A DNA stretch of 34,790 nt from Actinomycetota bacterium (lineage in GTDB: Bacteria > Actinomycetota > Actinomycetes > Actinomycetales > Microbacteriaceae): contig WLDR01000001.1 of the NCBI GenBank assembly GCA_009704705.1, forward strand, positions 1-34,790. The letters run 5' to 3'. The notes under the pieces are model-generated. The model made no database searches. It was not told the origin of the DNA and worked only from the letters and a program-made list of their open reading frames with translations. Position 1 is the first letter of the stretch; the number at the start of each line of letters is the position of its first letter. Below are positions 26,748-34,790 of the stretch, one piece after another. A program made the position numbers and the translations under genes.

Positions 26748-29700
26748 TTACGCTTTTGTTCTAATAACGACCCACAGGTCGCCCGACTCTACTTGCGCGG
26801 TCCCCCGAACGGCTACACGTTCCACAGTACCCGCTATGGGAGACGTAATCGCCGCCTCCATCTTCATGGCTTCAATAGTGGCGATGGGTTCTCCCGGCGC
26901 AACGGTCATTCCTTCGGTCACCTTCGTTGTGACGGCGCCGGAGAATGGCGCAGCGATGTGGCCCGCATTGTTTGGGTCTGCCTTTTCGGCCGATATCGAG
27001 TCAACGGAAATTGTCCGGTCTCGAACGAACACCGGACGAAGCTGTCCGTTCATGGTCGCCATCACGGTTCTCATCCCCTTGTCGTCGGGCGCACCGATTG
27101 CTTCGAGCCCGACATAGAGGCGCACGCCTGAGGAGATCTGCACGACGTGTTCGACACCGGGTTCTAGTCCATAGAGGTAATCCACGGTGTCAAGAACCGA
27201 CAAATCGCCATACGTTTCTCGCATCGAGTCGAAGTGCTGCGTCGGAGCTTCAAACAAGAGACGATTCAGAGTCGATCGTCGGAGCAGACCGGGGTGGTTG
27301 ATTGATTCAGCGTCTTGCGGGGACAGATGCGCAACCTCGACCTTGCGGTCACGTCCGGCCAGCACCTTCGAGCGGAATGGCTCCGGCCATCCCCCCGGAA
27401 TTTCACCGAGCTCGCCAGCCATGAATGCAACAACGGAATCCGGGATGTCATAGTTCTGAGGGTTCGCCTCGAAGTCTTCTGGGTCCGCATTGACGGCTGC
27501 GAGGTGCAGAGCCAAATCCCCGACGACCTTCGATGACGGTGTCACCTTAGGGATACGGCCCAGGATTCGATCTGCTGCCGCATACATATCTTCAATGAGT
27601 TCGAATCGCTCTGAAAGACCCAATGCGATTGCTTGCTGACGGAGGTTCGACAGTTGCCCTCCGGGAATCTCGTGATGGTAGACGCGCCCAGTCGGGGCCG
27701 GGAGCCCTGATTCGAAGGGACGGTAAAGCTGACGCACTGCCTCCCAGTAGGGCTCCAACGAGCAGACAGCGTCAAGGTCGAGACCGGTTTGCTTTTCGGT
27801 GTCGTCAAGAGCTGCAACGAGAGCAGACATCGACGGTTGACTCGTAGTACCCGACATGGGGGCACTCGCGGTGTCTACGGCGTCAGCACCAGCCTGAATT
27901 GCCGCAAGCAACGTAGCGAGCTGACCGCCAGCCGTATCGTGCGTGTGAACGTGCACGGGCAGGTCGAACCGACTACGCAGGGCCGAAACCAACTTGGCCG
28001 CAGCGGCCGGACGAAGCAAGCCAGCCATGTCCTTGATCGCGATGATGTGCGCACCCGAGGCAACAATTTGCTCAGCAAGTTTCAAGTAGTAATCGAGAGT
28101 GAACTTTGTCTCACTCGGACTCAAAAGATTGCCGGTGTAGCAGACACCGACTTCGGCAACCGACCTGTTCGTAGCCAGCACAGCATCAATAGCGGGTCGC
28201 ATCTGGCCAACGTCGTTCAACGCGTCAAATATGCGAAAGATGTCAATGCCCGAGCGGCTCGCCTCGTCAACGAATGCGTCCGTCACAGCCGTCGGGTACG
28301 GCGTGTAACCGACAGTGTTTCGTCCGCGCAGCAACATCTGAATTGCAACGTTGGGCAAACTCGCGCGGAGTTTGTCGAGGCGCTCCCAGGGATCTTCGGC
28401 CAAGAATCGAAGGGCGACGTCATAGGTCGCCCCGCCCCATGCCTCAACCGAAAAGAGCTGGGGCATCAGCCGTGCAACGTAGGGCGCGACGTCGACCAAG
28501 TCGCGGGTGCGCACGCGCGTTGCAAGCAACGACTGGTGCGCATCCCGGAAAGTGGTGTCTGTCACTGCGACCGCGGTTTGCGCACGAAGCGCTTGCGCGA
28601 ATCCGTAGGGCCCGAGCTCTTCCAGCCGTTGCCTCGAGCCGTCTGGTGCAACATTCGCAAGGTCGATTTTCGGGAGCTTGTCGAGCGGGGTGCCGTGAAT
28701 CGGCCGGGGACCGTTTGGGTGGTTCACCGTGACGTCGGTGAGCCAGTTGAGTAGGCGCGTACCGCGGTCTTTCGATTCGCGTCCGGTCATCAGCTGGGGT
28801 CGCTCGTCGATGAACGACGTGCTCACATCACCACGACGGAAGTCGGGGTCGTCCAATACCGCCTGCAAGAACGGGATGTTCGTGCTCACGCCGCGGATGC
28901 GGAACTCGGCTAGCCCGCGGCGTGCACGCACGACAGCCGAATCGAAGTCTCGTGCTCGACAGGTGAGCTTCGCAAGCATGCTGTCGAAGTGGGGGCTGAT
29001 TTGAGCACCCGGGTTGATCGTGCCGCCATCGAGACGAATGCCGGCGCCACCGGGTGATCGATACGTTGTGATCTTGCCCATGTCTGGACGGAAGCCGGCG
29101 GCCGGATCTTCGGTCGTGATGCGGCACTGCAGTGCGGCACCACGAAGTTGAATCTGGTCTTGGTGCAGGCCGAGTTCGCCGAGAGTCTCGCCCGCAGCGA
29201 TACGCATCTGCGACTGCACAAGGTCGACGTCAGTGACCTCTTCGGTGACCGTGTGTTCGACCTGAATACGCGGGTTCATCTCGATGAAAACATGCTCACC
29301 TGCACGGTCACCCGCCGTGTCGACAAGGAACTCAACCGTTCCGGCGTTCTGGTAGCCAATCGACTTAGCGAACGCAACAGCATCGCGATACAGAGCTTCA
29401 CGAAGTTCTTGCGTTATGTTCGGCGCCGGCGCAATTTCGATGACCTTCTGGTGACGACGCTGAACCGAGCAGTCTCGCTCGAAAAGGTGCACCGTTTCGC
29501 CCTGCATGTCAGCGAGAATCTGCACCTCAATGTGGCGAGGTCGCAACACGGCCTGTTCGAGAAACATACGCGAATCCCCGAAAGCACTGCCGGCTTCGCG
29601 CATGGCGGCTTCGAGAGCATCTCGCAGTTCTGCCTTGGTCTCGACGCGGCGCATCCCTCGTCCACCGCCACCCGCAACGGCCTTCGCGAAAATCGGAAAG

Positions 29701-30155
29701 CCAATCGAGTCTGCTTGCTTGACCAGGGTGTCAATGTCGTCTGTGGCTTCGGTCGACTTAAGCACGGGAACACCGGCAGAAATCGCGTGCTGCTTCGCTG
29801 TGACTTTGTTTCCGGCCATCTCGAGCACTGTTGCTGAGGGACCAATGAACGTGATGCCGGCGGCCGCGGCAGCTTCAGCTAGGTTCGGATTCTCCGAGAG
29901 AAAGCCGTATCCCGGATAGATGGCGTCGGCACCAGATTCGCGAGCGACTCGAATGATTTCGTCCACGTCGAGGTACGCGCGCACGGGGTGACCTGGCTCA
30001 CCTATCTGGTACGACTCATCGGCTTTTTGGCGGTGAAGCGAGTTTCGATCCTCAAAGGGATACACGGCCACGGTCTTTGCGCCAAGCTCGTAGGCGGCCC
30101 GAAACGCGCGGATTGCTATTTCTCCGCGGTTAGCAACGAGGATTTTTTTGAACAT
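26748..30155 (-). CDS. pyc: Pyruvate carboxylase (single-chain, biotin-dependent)
   Basis: 1135 aa. Biotin carboxylase N-terminus MFKKILVANRGEIAIRAFRAA, carboxyltransferase TIM-barrel segment DTTFRDAHQSLLATR, C-terminal biotinylation motif EAMKME. Confidence 0.97.
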   Translation of the reverse strand: MFKKILVANRGEIAIRAFRAAYELGAKTVAVYPFEDRNSLHRQKADESYQIGEPGHPVRAYLDVDEIIRVARESGADAIYPGYGFLSENPNLAEAAAAAGITFIGPSATVLEMAGNKVTAKQHAISAGVPVLKSTEATDDIDTLVKQADSIGFPIFAKAVAGGGGRGMRRVETKAELRDALEAAMREAGSAFGDSRMFLEQAVLRPRHIEVQILADMQGETVHLFERDCSVQRRHQKVIEIAPAPNITQELREALYRDAVAFAKSIGYQNAGTVEFLVDTAGDRAGEHVFIEMNPRIQVEHTVTEEVTDVDLVQSQMRIAAGETLGELGLHQDQIQLRGAALQCRITTEDPAAGFRPDMGKITTYRSPGGAGIRLDGGTINPGAQISPHFDSMLAKLTCRARDFDSAVVRARRGLAEFRIRGVSTNIPFLQAVLDDPDFRRGDVSTSFIDERPQLMTGRESKDRGTRLLNWLTDVTVNHPNGPRPIHGTPLDKLPKIDLANVAPDGSRQRLEELGPYGFAQALRAQTAVAVTDTTFRDAHQSLLATRVRTRDLVDVAPYVARLMPQLFSVEAWGGATYDVALRFLAEDPWERLDKLRASLPNVAIQMLLRGRNTVGYTPYPTAVTDAFVDEASRSGIDIFRIFDALNDVGQMRPAIDAVLATNRSVAEVGVCYTGNLLSPSETKFTLDYYLKLAEQIVASGAHIIAIKDMAGLLRPAAAAKLVSALRSRFDLPVHVHTHDTAGGQLATLLAAIQAGADAVDTASAPMSGTTSQPSMSALVAALDDTEKQTGLDLDAVCSLEPYWEAVRQLYRPFESGLPAPTGRVYHHEIPGGQLSNLRQQAIALGLSERFELIEDMYAAADRILGRIPKVTPSSKVVGDLALHLAAVNADPEDFEANPQNYDIPDSVVAFMAGELGEIPGGWPEPFRSKVLAGRDRKVEVAHLSPQDAESINHPGLLRRSTLNRLLFEAPTQHFDSMRETYGDLSVLDTVDYLYGLEPGVEHVVQISSGVRLYVGLEAIGAPDDKGMRTVMATMNGQLRPVFVRDRTISVDSISAEKADPNNAGHIAAPFSGAVTTKVTEGMTVAPGEPIATIEAMKMEAAITSPIAGTVERVAVRGTAQVESGDLWVVIRTKA

Positions 30156-30235
30156 CCTGAAGTCCCCTTCAACGCCGACTCCGTGGGTCTCACACAGTTA
30201 GGTGCTCTAAGACTAGCCGGGGTAGCCTTGACCTC

Positions 30236-31141
30236 GTGCACGTGCTGAGTGTGAGCTCCCTCAAGGGTGGCGTGGGTAAAACCACTGTCACTCTCGGTCT
30301 CGCGTCAGCAGCGTTCGCCAAAGGAATTCGCACACTTGTCGTCGATTTCGACCCTCAGGCTGACGTCTCGACGGGCATGGGCGTCAACGCACGGGGGCGC
30401 TTGAACATCTCAGATGTTCTGACGAATCCGAAGCTCAAGACAGTGCGAGAAGCGATTGCACCGAGTGGATGGACTGTGCCGAACCATTCCGCGATCGACG
30501 TGATGGTCGGCAATCCGTCGGCCGTGAACTTCGACACCCCGCATCCGAGCGCTCGTGAGATCTGGCGTCTCGAAGAGGCCCTCGCCAGCATCGAAGACAG
30601 TTATGACCTCGTGCTCGTCGACACCTCCCCCACGCTCAACGCGTTGACGCGCACCGCCTGGGCGGCCAGCGACCGTGTTGCGATTGTCACCGAACCCGGG
30701 CTCTTCTCGGTAGCAGCGGCTGACCGCGGGTTGCGCGCGATTGAAGAAATTCGCCGTGGCCTGAGTCCGCGACTCCAACCGCTCGGCGTAATTGTGAACC
30801 GCGTGCGGTCGCAGTCAGTGGAGCACCAATTTCGCGTCAACGAGCTTCGCGCCATGTTCGGCCCGCTCGTCATGTCGCCGCTGCTCCCCGAGCGCACATC
30901 CCTTCAACAGGCACAGGGTGCCGCGCGTCCGGTTCACGCGTGGCCAGGAGAGGCGTCAGCCGAGATGGCGGGCTACTTCGAGCAGCTGCTCGATCGGGTG
31001 CTGCGCATCGCACGGATCGGCGACCCGCGAGCAAACGGCGCACAGCAATTTCCGGCCCAATATCCCACTGCTCAATACCCCACAGGCCAAATCCCAACGG
31101 ATTATGTTGCCACCGGCGCGTACGGCGACATCAACGACTAG
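30236..31141 (+). CDS. ParA-family (Soj-like) P-loop ATPase, orphan (no adjacent parB), with a Q-Y-P-T repeat tail
   Basis: 301 aa. [18 protein letters not shown] deviant Walker A near the N-terminus, DFDPQADVS, LVDTSPTLN. The C-terminal 40 aa are low-complexity (QFPAQYPTAQYPTGQIPTDY). The start could be GTG 30236, 30242 or 30251. Confidence 0.85.
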   Translation: MHVLSVSSLKGGVGKTTVTLGLASAAFAKGIRTLVVDFDPQADVSTGMGVNARGRLNISDVLTNPKLKTVREAIAPSGWTVPNHSAIDVMVGNPSAVNFDTPHPSAREIWRLEEALASIEDSYDLVLVDTSPTLNALTRTAWAASDRVAIVTEPGLFSVAAADRGLRAIEEIRRGLSPRLQPLGVIVNRVRSQSVEHQFRVNELRAMFGPLVMSPLLPERTSLQQAQGAARPVHAWPGEASAEMAGYFEQLLDRVLRIARIGDPRANGAQQFPAQYPTAQYPTGQIPTDYVATGAYGDIND

Positions 31142-31174
31142 AGGGCACGCAAAGGTTCAAGCGGTCGTGGCTGG

Positions 31175-31720
31175 TTATGCCGATGCGCGGTGCGCACGAC
31201 GAGCGGAAAGCTCATCCATATCTGGCGTCTCGGTTTCGAGCTCAACAAGGCTCGACTCAACTTCGCGAAGTACTTTGCCGATGGCGATTCCAAAGACTCC
31301 CTGGCCGCGACTCATGAGGTCGATCACCTCGTGGTCCGACGTGCACATGTAGACGCTGATGCCATCGCTCATGAGCGTTGTGTTGGCGAGGTCGTAGAAC
31401 CCAGCCGCACGAAGCTCATCGATGGCCGTGCGAATCTGCTGAAGCGAGATTCCCGTGTCGAGAAGTCGTTTGACAAGCTTCAGAACAAGGATGTCGCGGA
31501 AACCATAAAGTCGCTGCGACCCAGATCCGGCGGCGCCCCGAACCGTCGGCTCGACGAGTTCCGTGCGAGCCCAGTAGTCCAGCTGACGGTAGGTGATGCC
31601 AGCCGCGCGAGCAGCCACGGTGCCACGGTACCCAACGGAGTCGTCACGCTCAGGAAGTCCGTCGGTGAACAACGGGCTGAGCTCGTACTGCTCTGGCTTT
31701 TCGACCGTTGCGTCACTCAT
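31175..31720 (-). CDS. MerR-family transcriptional regulator (Rv1830-like)
   Basis: HTH segment YRGTVAARAAGITYRQLDYWARTELVEP...RLYGFRDILVLKLVKRLLDTGISLQQIR. I prefer ATG 31720 (GGAAGG 8 nt upstream) over the tracked GTG 31729. Confidence 0.85.
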   Translation of the reverse strand: MSDATVEKPEQYELSPLFTDGLPERDDSVGYRGTVAARAAGITYRQLDYWARTELVEPTVRGAAGSGSQRLYGFRDILVLKLVKRLLDTGISLQQIRTAIDELRAAGFYDLANTTLMSDGISVYMCTSDHEVIDLMSRGQGVFGIAIGKVLREVESSLVELETETPDMDELSARRAHRASA

Positions 31721-31746
31721 GGACGGCACCTTCCTAGAATTTAACC

Positions 31747-31763
31747 CTCAAGTTTCGCTTGAG
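31747..31763. promoter_or_regulatory. Inverted repeat CTCAAG-N5-CTTGAG upstream of the MerR gene, abutting a -10-like TAAATT
   Basis: Perfect 6-bp arms read directly, 27-43 nt upstream of ATG 31720. The minus strand reads CTCAAGcgaaaCTTGAGggtTAAATT. Confidence 0.3.
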
Positions 31764-31851
31764 ACTTTTACAATGTACGCACTCGGCGATTCAAACCGCC
31801 GGATTTCGCAACCAGCCCTCTCGGCGTGTCGCGCACGAGTCCTTCTTTAGA

Positions 31852-32589
31852 TTACGCCTGACCGGAGTTTCGCGAAATGACCTGGCGAAGAATTTGCGAT
31901 CGCACAGTCTCCATGAAGACGGCAATTTCGTTTGCGCGTTCAATCGACTTCGCGCGACTAGCCGGGCCTTGGCGCTTCGCGAGCGGTGCGAGAGCACGCT
32001 CAATGAGCGCGAATTCCTTTTCTGCCGTGGCCTTCAGTACCGACAGGTGACGGGGTTCGATTCCCGACCGTTGCAACTGAACCAGCGCGGTGAGCATCGA
32101 CAGCTCTTCTTCGCCGAACGACTCCGCCGGAGCGATGAGTCCCGCAGACACGGCATCCTGCATCAAGTTCGCCGTTGCACCGGCGGCCTTGATGGTTTCC
32201 TCTGGTGTGTAACGCACGCGCGTTGACAGAACGGAAGATGCGGCAAGTCCGGTCGCTGTCGGAAGCGCCGACGCCTTGCCCGATGCCATCGCGTCGAGAT
32301 GTTCCCGGATCACCTTCAAGGGGAGGTATTGATCGCGCTGCAGCGTCAAGATCAGGCGTAAGCGATCCACGTCTTCGGTCGAGAACTTGCGATAGCTCGA
32401 GGGCGTGCGAAACGGCGTGACCAAGTCTTGGTCTTCGAGGAAACGCAGTTTCGACGGAGTGAGGTCCGGAAACTCGGGTTGAAGTTTGGCGAGCACCTGA
32501 CCGATGCTGAAAACGGGCCGAGCCGAGCCGGTGCCCGCGAGGGAGCTTGCTGGTGCTGGCGTTCGAGACGCCCCCGACTGCGCCGCCAT
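31852..32589 (-). CDS. ftsR: MerR-family regulator, FtsR-like (Rv1828 / Cg1631-like)
   Basis: 245 aa. FSIGQVLAKLQPEFPDLTPSKLRFLEDQDLVTPFRTPSSYRKFSTEDVDRLRLILTLQRDQYLPLKVIREHL. It lies immediately downstream of the FHA gene, as in mycobacteria and corynebacteria. Its start overlaps the FHA stop by 1 nt (TAATG). Confidence 0.8.
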   Translation of the reverse strand: MAAQSGASRTPAPASSLAGTGSARPVFSIGQVLAKLQPEFPDLTPSKLRFLEDQDLVTPFRTPSSYRKFSTEDVDRLRLILTLQRDQYLPLKVIREHLDAMASGKASALPTATGLAASSVLSTRVRYTPEETIKAAGATANLMQDAVSAGLIAPAESFGEEELSMLTALVQLQRSGIEPRHLSVLKATAEKEFALIERALAPLAKRQGPASRAKSIERANEIAVFMETVRSQILRQVISRNSGQA

Positions 32590-33113
32590 TAGTTGGATCC
32601 GTTTGCGAGGGTGGCGGCAAGGTCGACGCGTGATGAAAAGAACGTCAATCGGTACTTTCCGACTTGAACCTCATCGCCATCCGACAGTGGGGCCGACTCA
32701 ACAATTTCACCGTTGCGATAGGTGCCGTTAAGCGAACCGAGGTCCTTGACCGAAAAATGAATGCCCTTGCGATCGAATGACGCATGGCGGCGTGACACGG
32801 TCACATCATCCAAGAAGATATCCGCATCCGGGTTGCGGCCCGCGACGGACTCATCCTGGTCAAGCAAGAAACGTGAGCCGGCGCTGGGACCGCGACGAAC
32901 AATCAGAAGGGCTGAGCCAGAAGGAAGCGCAGCAATCGATTCCGCTTCTTCAGCGGTGAGGTCAGCGGCGTCAACGGCATGCAACTGGTTGAGGAAAGCG
33001 GCACCAAAATTCGCGGTCGTCGACGAGGAACCAGACTCGGTTCCTCCGGCTGCATCGCCCCCCGACGCGCGTGACTCGCTCAAAATTGGCCCTTTCCAAT
33101 TGCTTTCAATCAC
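32589..33113 (-). CDS. garA: FHA-domain regulator GarA/OdhI
   Basis: 174 aa. C-terminal FHA domain LLIVRRGPSAGSRFLLDQDESVAGRNPDADIFLDDVTVSRRHASF...DLGSLNGTYRNGE. N-terminal SSTTANFGAAFL resembles the ETTSVFRADFL phospho-threonine motif. An alternative TTG start about 30 nt downstream has a better SD-like GAAAGG. Confidence 0.9.
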   Translation of the reverse strand: MIESNWKGPILSESRASGGDAAGGTESGSSSTTANFGAAFLNQLHAVDAADLTAEEAESIAALPSGSALLIVRRGPSAGSRFLLDQDESVAGRNPDADIFLDDVTVSRRHASFDRKGIHFSVKDLGSLNGTYRNGEIVESAPLSDGDEVQVGKYRLTFFSSRVDLAATLANGSN

Positions 33114-33163
33114 ACTAGCTCAACTCAGTGTCACCTAAAATACTCAAGAAGCAAAGGAGCATC

Positions 33164-33988
33164 ATGGATCCCCTCATTATTTCCCTCTGGGTACTCGCCG
33201 GCATCTCTGCAGGCACCTGGATCATGTCTGTCATCACTCGCGAGTACTCGTGGGTCGACCGCATTTGGTCGATTGTGCCGTTCGTGTACGTCTGGATTTT
33301 CGCTGCGTCGACCGGCTTCACAGACCCACGCCTCAACCTGATGGCCGTGCTCGCCACGGTGTGGGGCGCGCGCCTCACCTTCAACTTCACACGCAAGGGC
33401 GGTTATGCGCCCGGCGGTGAAGACTACCGCTGGCCGATTCTGCGCGAACGCATGTCGCCTGCGCAGTTCCAGCTGTTCAACATCTTCTTCATCGTCATCG
33501 CTCAGAACGTCATTCTGTGGCTGATTGCGATGCCGGCGTACACCGCGTGGCAGCACCAGACCTCGTTCGGTGTAGCCGACATTCTTGTGGCTGCGCTCTT
33601 CCTGTTCTTCCTGATTCTCGAGACGGTTGCCGATCAACAGCAGTGGAACTTCCACAAGTGGAAGTCCGCCGAGCGCGCAGCTGGCCGCACGCCTCGTCCC
33701 GGATTCTTGACGACCGGCCTGTTCAAGTTCTCGCGTCACCCGAACTTCTTCAGCGAGCAAGCTCAGTGGTGGGTCTTCTTTCTCTTTGGTGCGGTTGCCG
33801 CCGGCTCGCTCCTCGAGTGGACCGTTGTCGGTGCGTTCCTTCTGACGGCACTGTTCATCGGATCGACCCGGTTCACCGAAGAAATCTCGGTGTCAAAGTA
33901 CCCCGACTATGTCGAGTACCAGCGTCGAACGAGTGCGCTTATTCCGTGGTTCCCGCGTCACCCCGAAGACGCGACCGCCAAGGCATAA
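33164..33988 (+). CDS. DUF1295-family (steroid 5-alpha-reductase / ICMT-like fold) polytopic membrane protein
   Basis: Multiple TM segments and the FSRHPNFFSEQAQWWVFF motif. ATG 33164 has AAGGAG 5 nt upstream and is preferred over the tracked GTG 33128. Confidence 0.78.
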   Translation: MDPLIISLWVLAGISAGTWIMSVITREYSWVDRIWSIVPFVYVWIFAASTGFTDPRLNLMAVLATVWGARLTFNFTRKGGYAPGGEDYRWPILRERMSPAQFQLFNIFFIVIAQNVILWLIAMPAYTAWQHQTSFGVADILVAALFLFFLILETVADQQQWNFHKWKSAERAAGRTPRPGFLTTGLFKFSRHPNFFSEQAQWWVFFLFGAVAAGSLLEWTVVGAFLLTALFIGSTRFTEEISVSKYPDYVEYQRRTSALIPWFPRHPEDATAKA

Positions 33989-34790
33989 CCTGCGAGCCGG
34001 GCATCGAGAGGTACGCGATGCCGAGCAAGACCAATCCGAATCCCACCCAACCTGAGGGTGAGATGACTTCGCCGATGAACGTGACCGCGAGCAACACTGC
34101 AACCACGGGTTCCATCAGCGAATAAACACCGGCGACGGATGCCCGCAGCGACCCCAGCGAATACGCGAGCAGCGAGTGCCCGATGGCGGTGGGGAAAACC
34201 GCGAGGTACAACAACACCGGCAACGCCTCGGGATGCGCAACAATCACCGGCGCCGAAAACGCAAGCACGCCCATCAATGGAATCGCCGAAACGAGTTGCA
34301 TCGCAGAAATCGTGCCGCGAAAGTTGAGCGGAGCGTTGTGCCCGCGCGGCGCCATGAGACGGTTCGCCATAAAGGTGTACATGGCGTAGGCGAACCCGGC
34401 GATGAGCGCCATGACGATTCCGAGCGGAACGAGCGACGCGTCATGCGCGATGGTCTCTGCGCTGAGATCGCGGCCTGTGGCGAGCATCCACCCGCCGACA
34501 ATCACGATGACCGCCGCGACAAACCAGCGAGCCGAAACTCGCTGGCGATCCACCACCCACTCGATGATTCCGGCGAAGACGGGAGCAGATCCGAGCGCGA
34601 GCACGTTGCCTAAGGCAACGCCGGCCCACGACATGCCCGCATAGAACACGAGCGTGTAGGCCATGATCGACAATCCGCCGACGATGACTGCGAACCAGGC
34701 GTAGCGGGTGCGCAGAACTGCCCAGGTCTTCTTGGGCGCCGTCGCGGCCATGAGAATGCCGCCGACGCCCATCGTCGCGGCGCCAATCAC
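33939..34790 (-). CDS. EamA/DMT-superfamily transporter, partial (N-terminus beyond the window edge)
   Basis: 283+ aa and highly hydrophobic with about 9 predicted helices. C-terminal EamA-like LLYLAVFPTAIGHSLLAYSLG...SLMEPVVAVLLAVTFIGE. The ORF runs to the window end. Confidence 0.8.
   Translation of the reverse strand: MIGAATMGVGGILMAATAPKKTWAVLRTRYAWFAVIVGGLSIMAYTLVFYAGMSWAGVALGNVLALGSAPVFAGIIEWVVDRQRVSARWFVAAVIVIVGGWMLATGRDLSAETIAHDASLVPLGIVMALIAGFAYAMYTFMANRLMAPRGHNAPLNFRGTISAMQLVSAIPLMGVLAFSAPVIVAHPEALPVLLYLAVFPTAIGHSLLAYSLGSLRASVAGVYSLMEPVVAVLLAVTFIGEVISPSGWVGFGLVLLGIAYLSMPGSQVMPWRSRLRGDAGTTE

Noticed and set aside
33939-33988. 50-nt convergent overlap between the 3' ends of the DUF1295 gene and the EamA transporter gene.
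   Set aside because: Convergent 3' overlaps of this size occur in compact GC-rich genomes. Both C-termini read as plausible protein, and no hairpin or repeat is embedded. It is not evidence of anything beyond tight packing, or possibly mutual antisense termination.
1-34790. I looked for tRNA/rRNA genes, CRISPR arrays, IS elements or transposases, integrases, phage genes, toxin-antitoxin pairs, restriction-modification or other defence genes, and for a compositional island.
   Set aside because: None was recognised. Every ORF over about 110 aa that I accept belongs to a housekeeping family in conserved actinobacterial order. The only AT-rich patches are short promoter-like spacers (about 480-540, 15225-15300 and 26700-26760). 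GGTTCGA-like strings occur only inside CDSs, without tRNA cloverleaf context.

Overview
This is a GC-rich actinobacterial core-chromosome segment. Gene content and order suggest Micrococcales or Microbacteriaceae, but that is inference and no search was run.

(1) 1-15.2 kb, minus strand: a complete division/cell-wall (dcw) cluster, mraZ-rsmH-ftsL-like-ftsI-murE-murF-mraY-murD-ftsW-murG-murC-ftsQ-ftsZ. Only the 5' 468 nt of ftsZ are in the window. Five junctions are 4-nt ATGA overlaps: rsmH/ftsL-like, murE/murF, murF/mraY, ftsW/murG and murC/ftsQ.

(2) 15.3-25 kb: a block whose order resembles M. tuberculosis Rv2169c-Rv2187. It holds a DUF3040 protein, polyprenyl synthase, an Rv2175c-like DNA-binding protein, a 2xLysM protein, a four-PASTA Ser/Thr kinase (PknL-like), class II DAHP synthase, a PlsC acyltransferase, ROK glucokinase and a FadD15-like acyl-CoA ligase.

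(3) 25-34.8 kb: def, a MinD/ParA-class ATPase, pyruvate carboxylase, a second ParA-class ATPase, a MerR regulator, an FtsR-like MerR regulator, the GarA/OdhI FHA protein, a DUF1295 membrane protein and a partial EamA transporter.

I recognised no tRNA or rRNA, CRISPR array, transposase or integrase, prophage or defence-type genes, and no obvious compositional island. I do not see a self-contained novel multi-gene system. This looks like an ordinary, conserved housekeeping region.

The observations worth a second look are mostly non-coding:
- a perfect palindrome next to a -10-like box upstream of ftsZ
- a 10-bp-phased GTGG box array upstream of mraZ
- a long imperfect hairpin in the mraZ-rsmH spacer
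- a hexamer tandem repeat between pyc and the MinD-like gene
- two orphan ParA/MinD ATPases flanking pyc
- a LysM gene inserted between the kinase and its presumed HTH substrate

All functional calls come from motif recognition by eye in the supplied translations. No database search was run.
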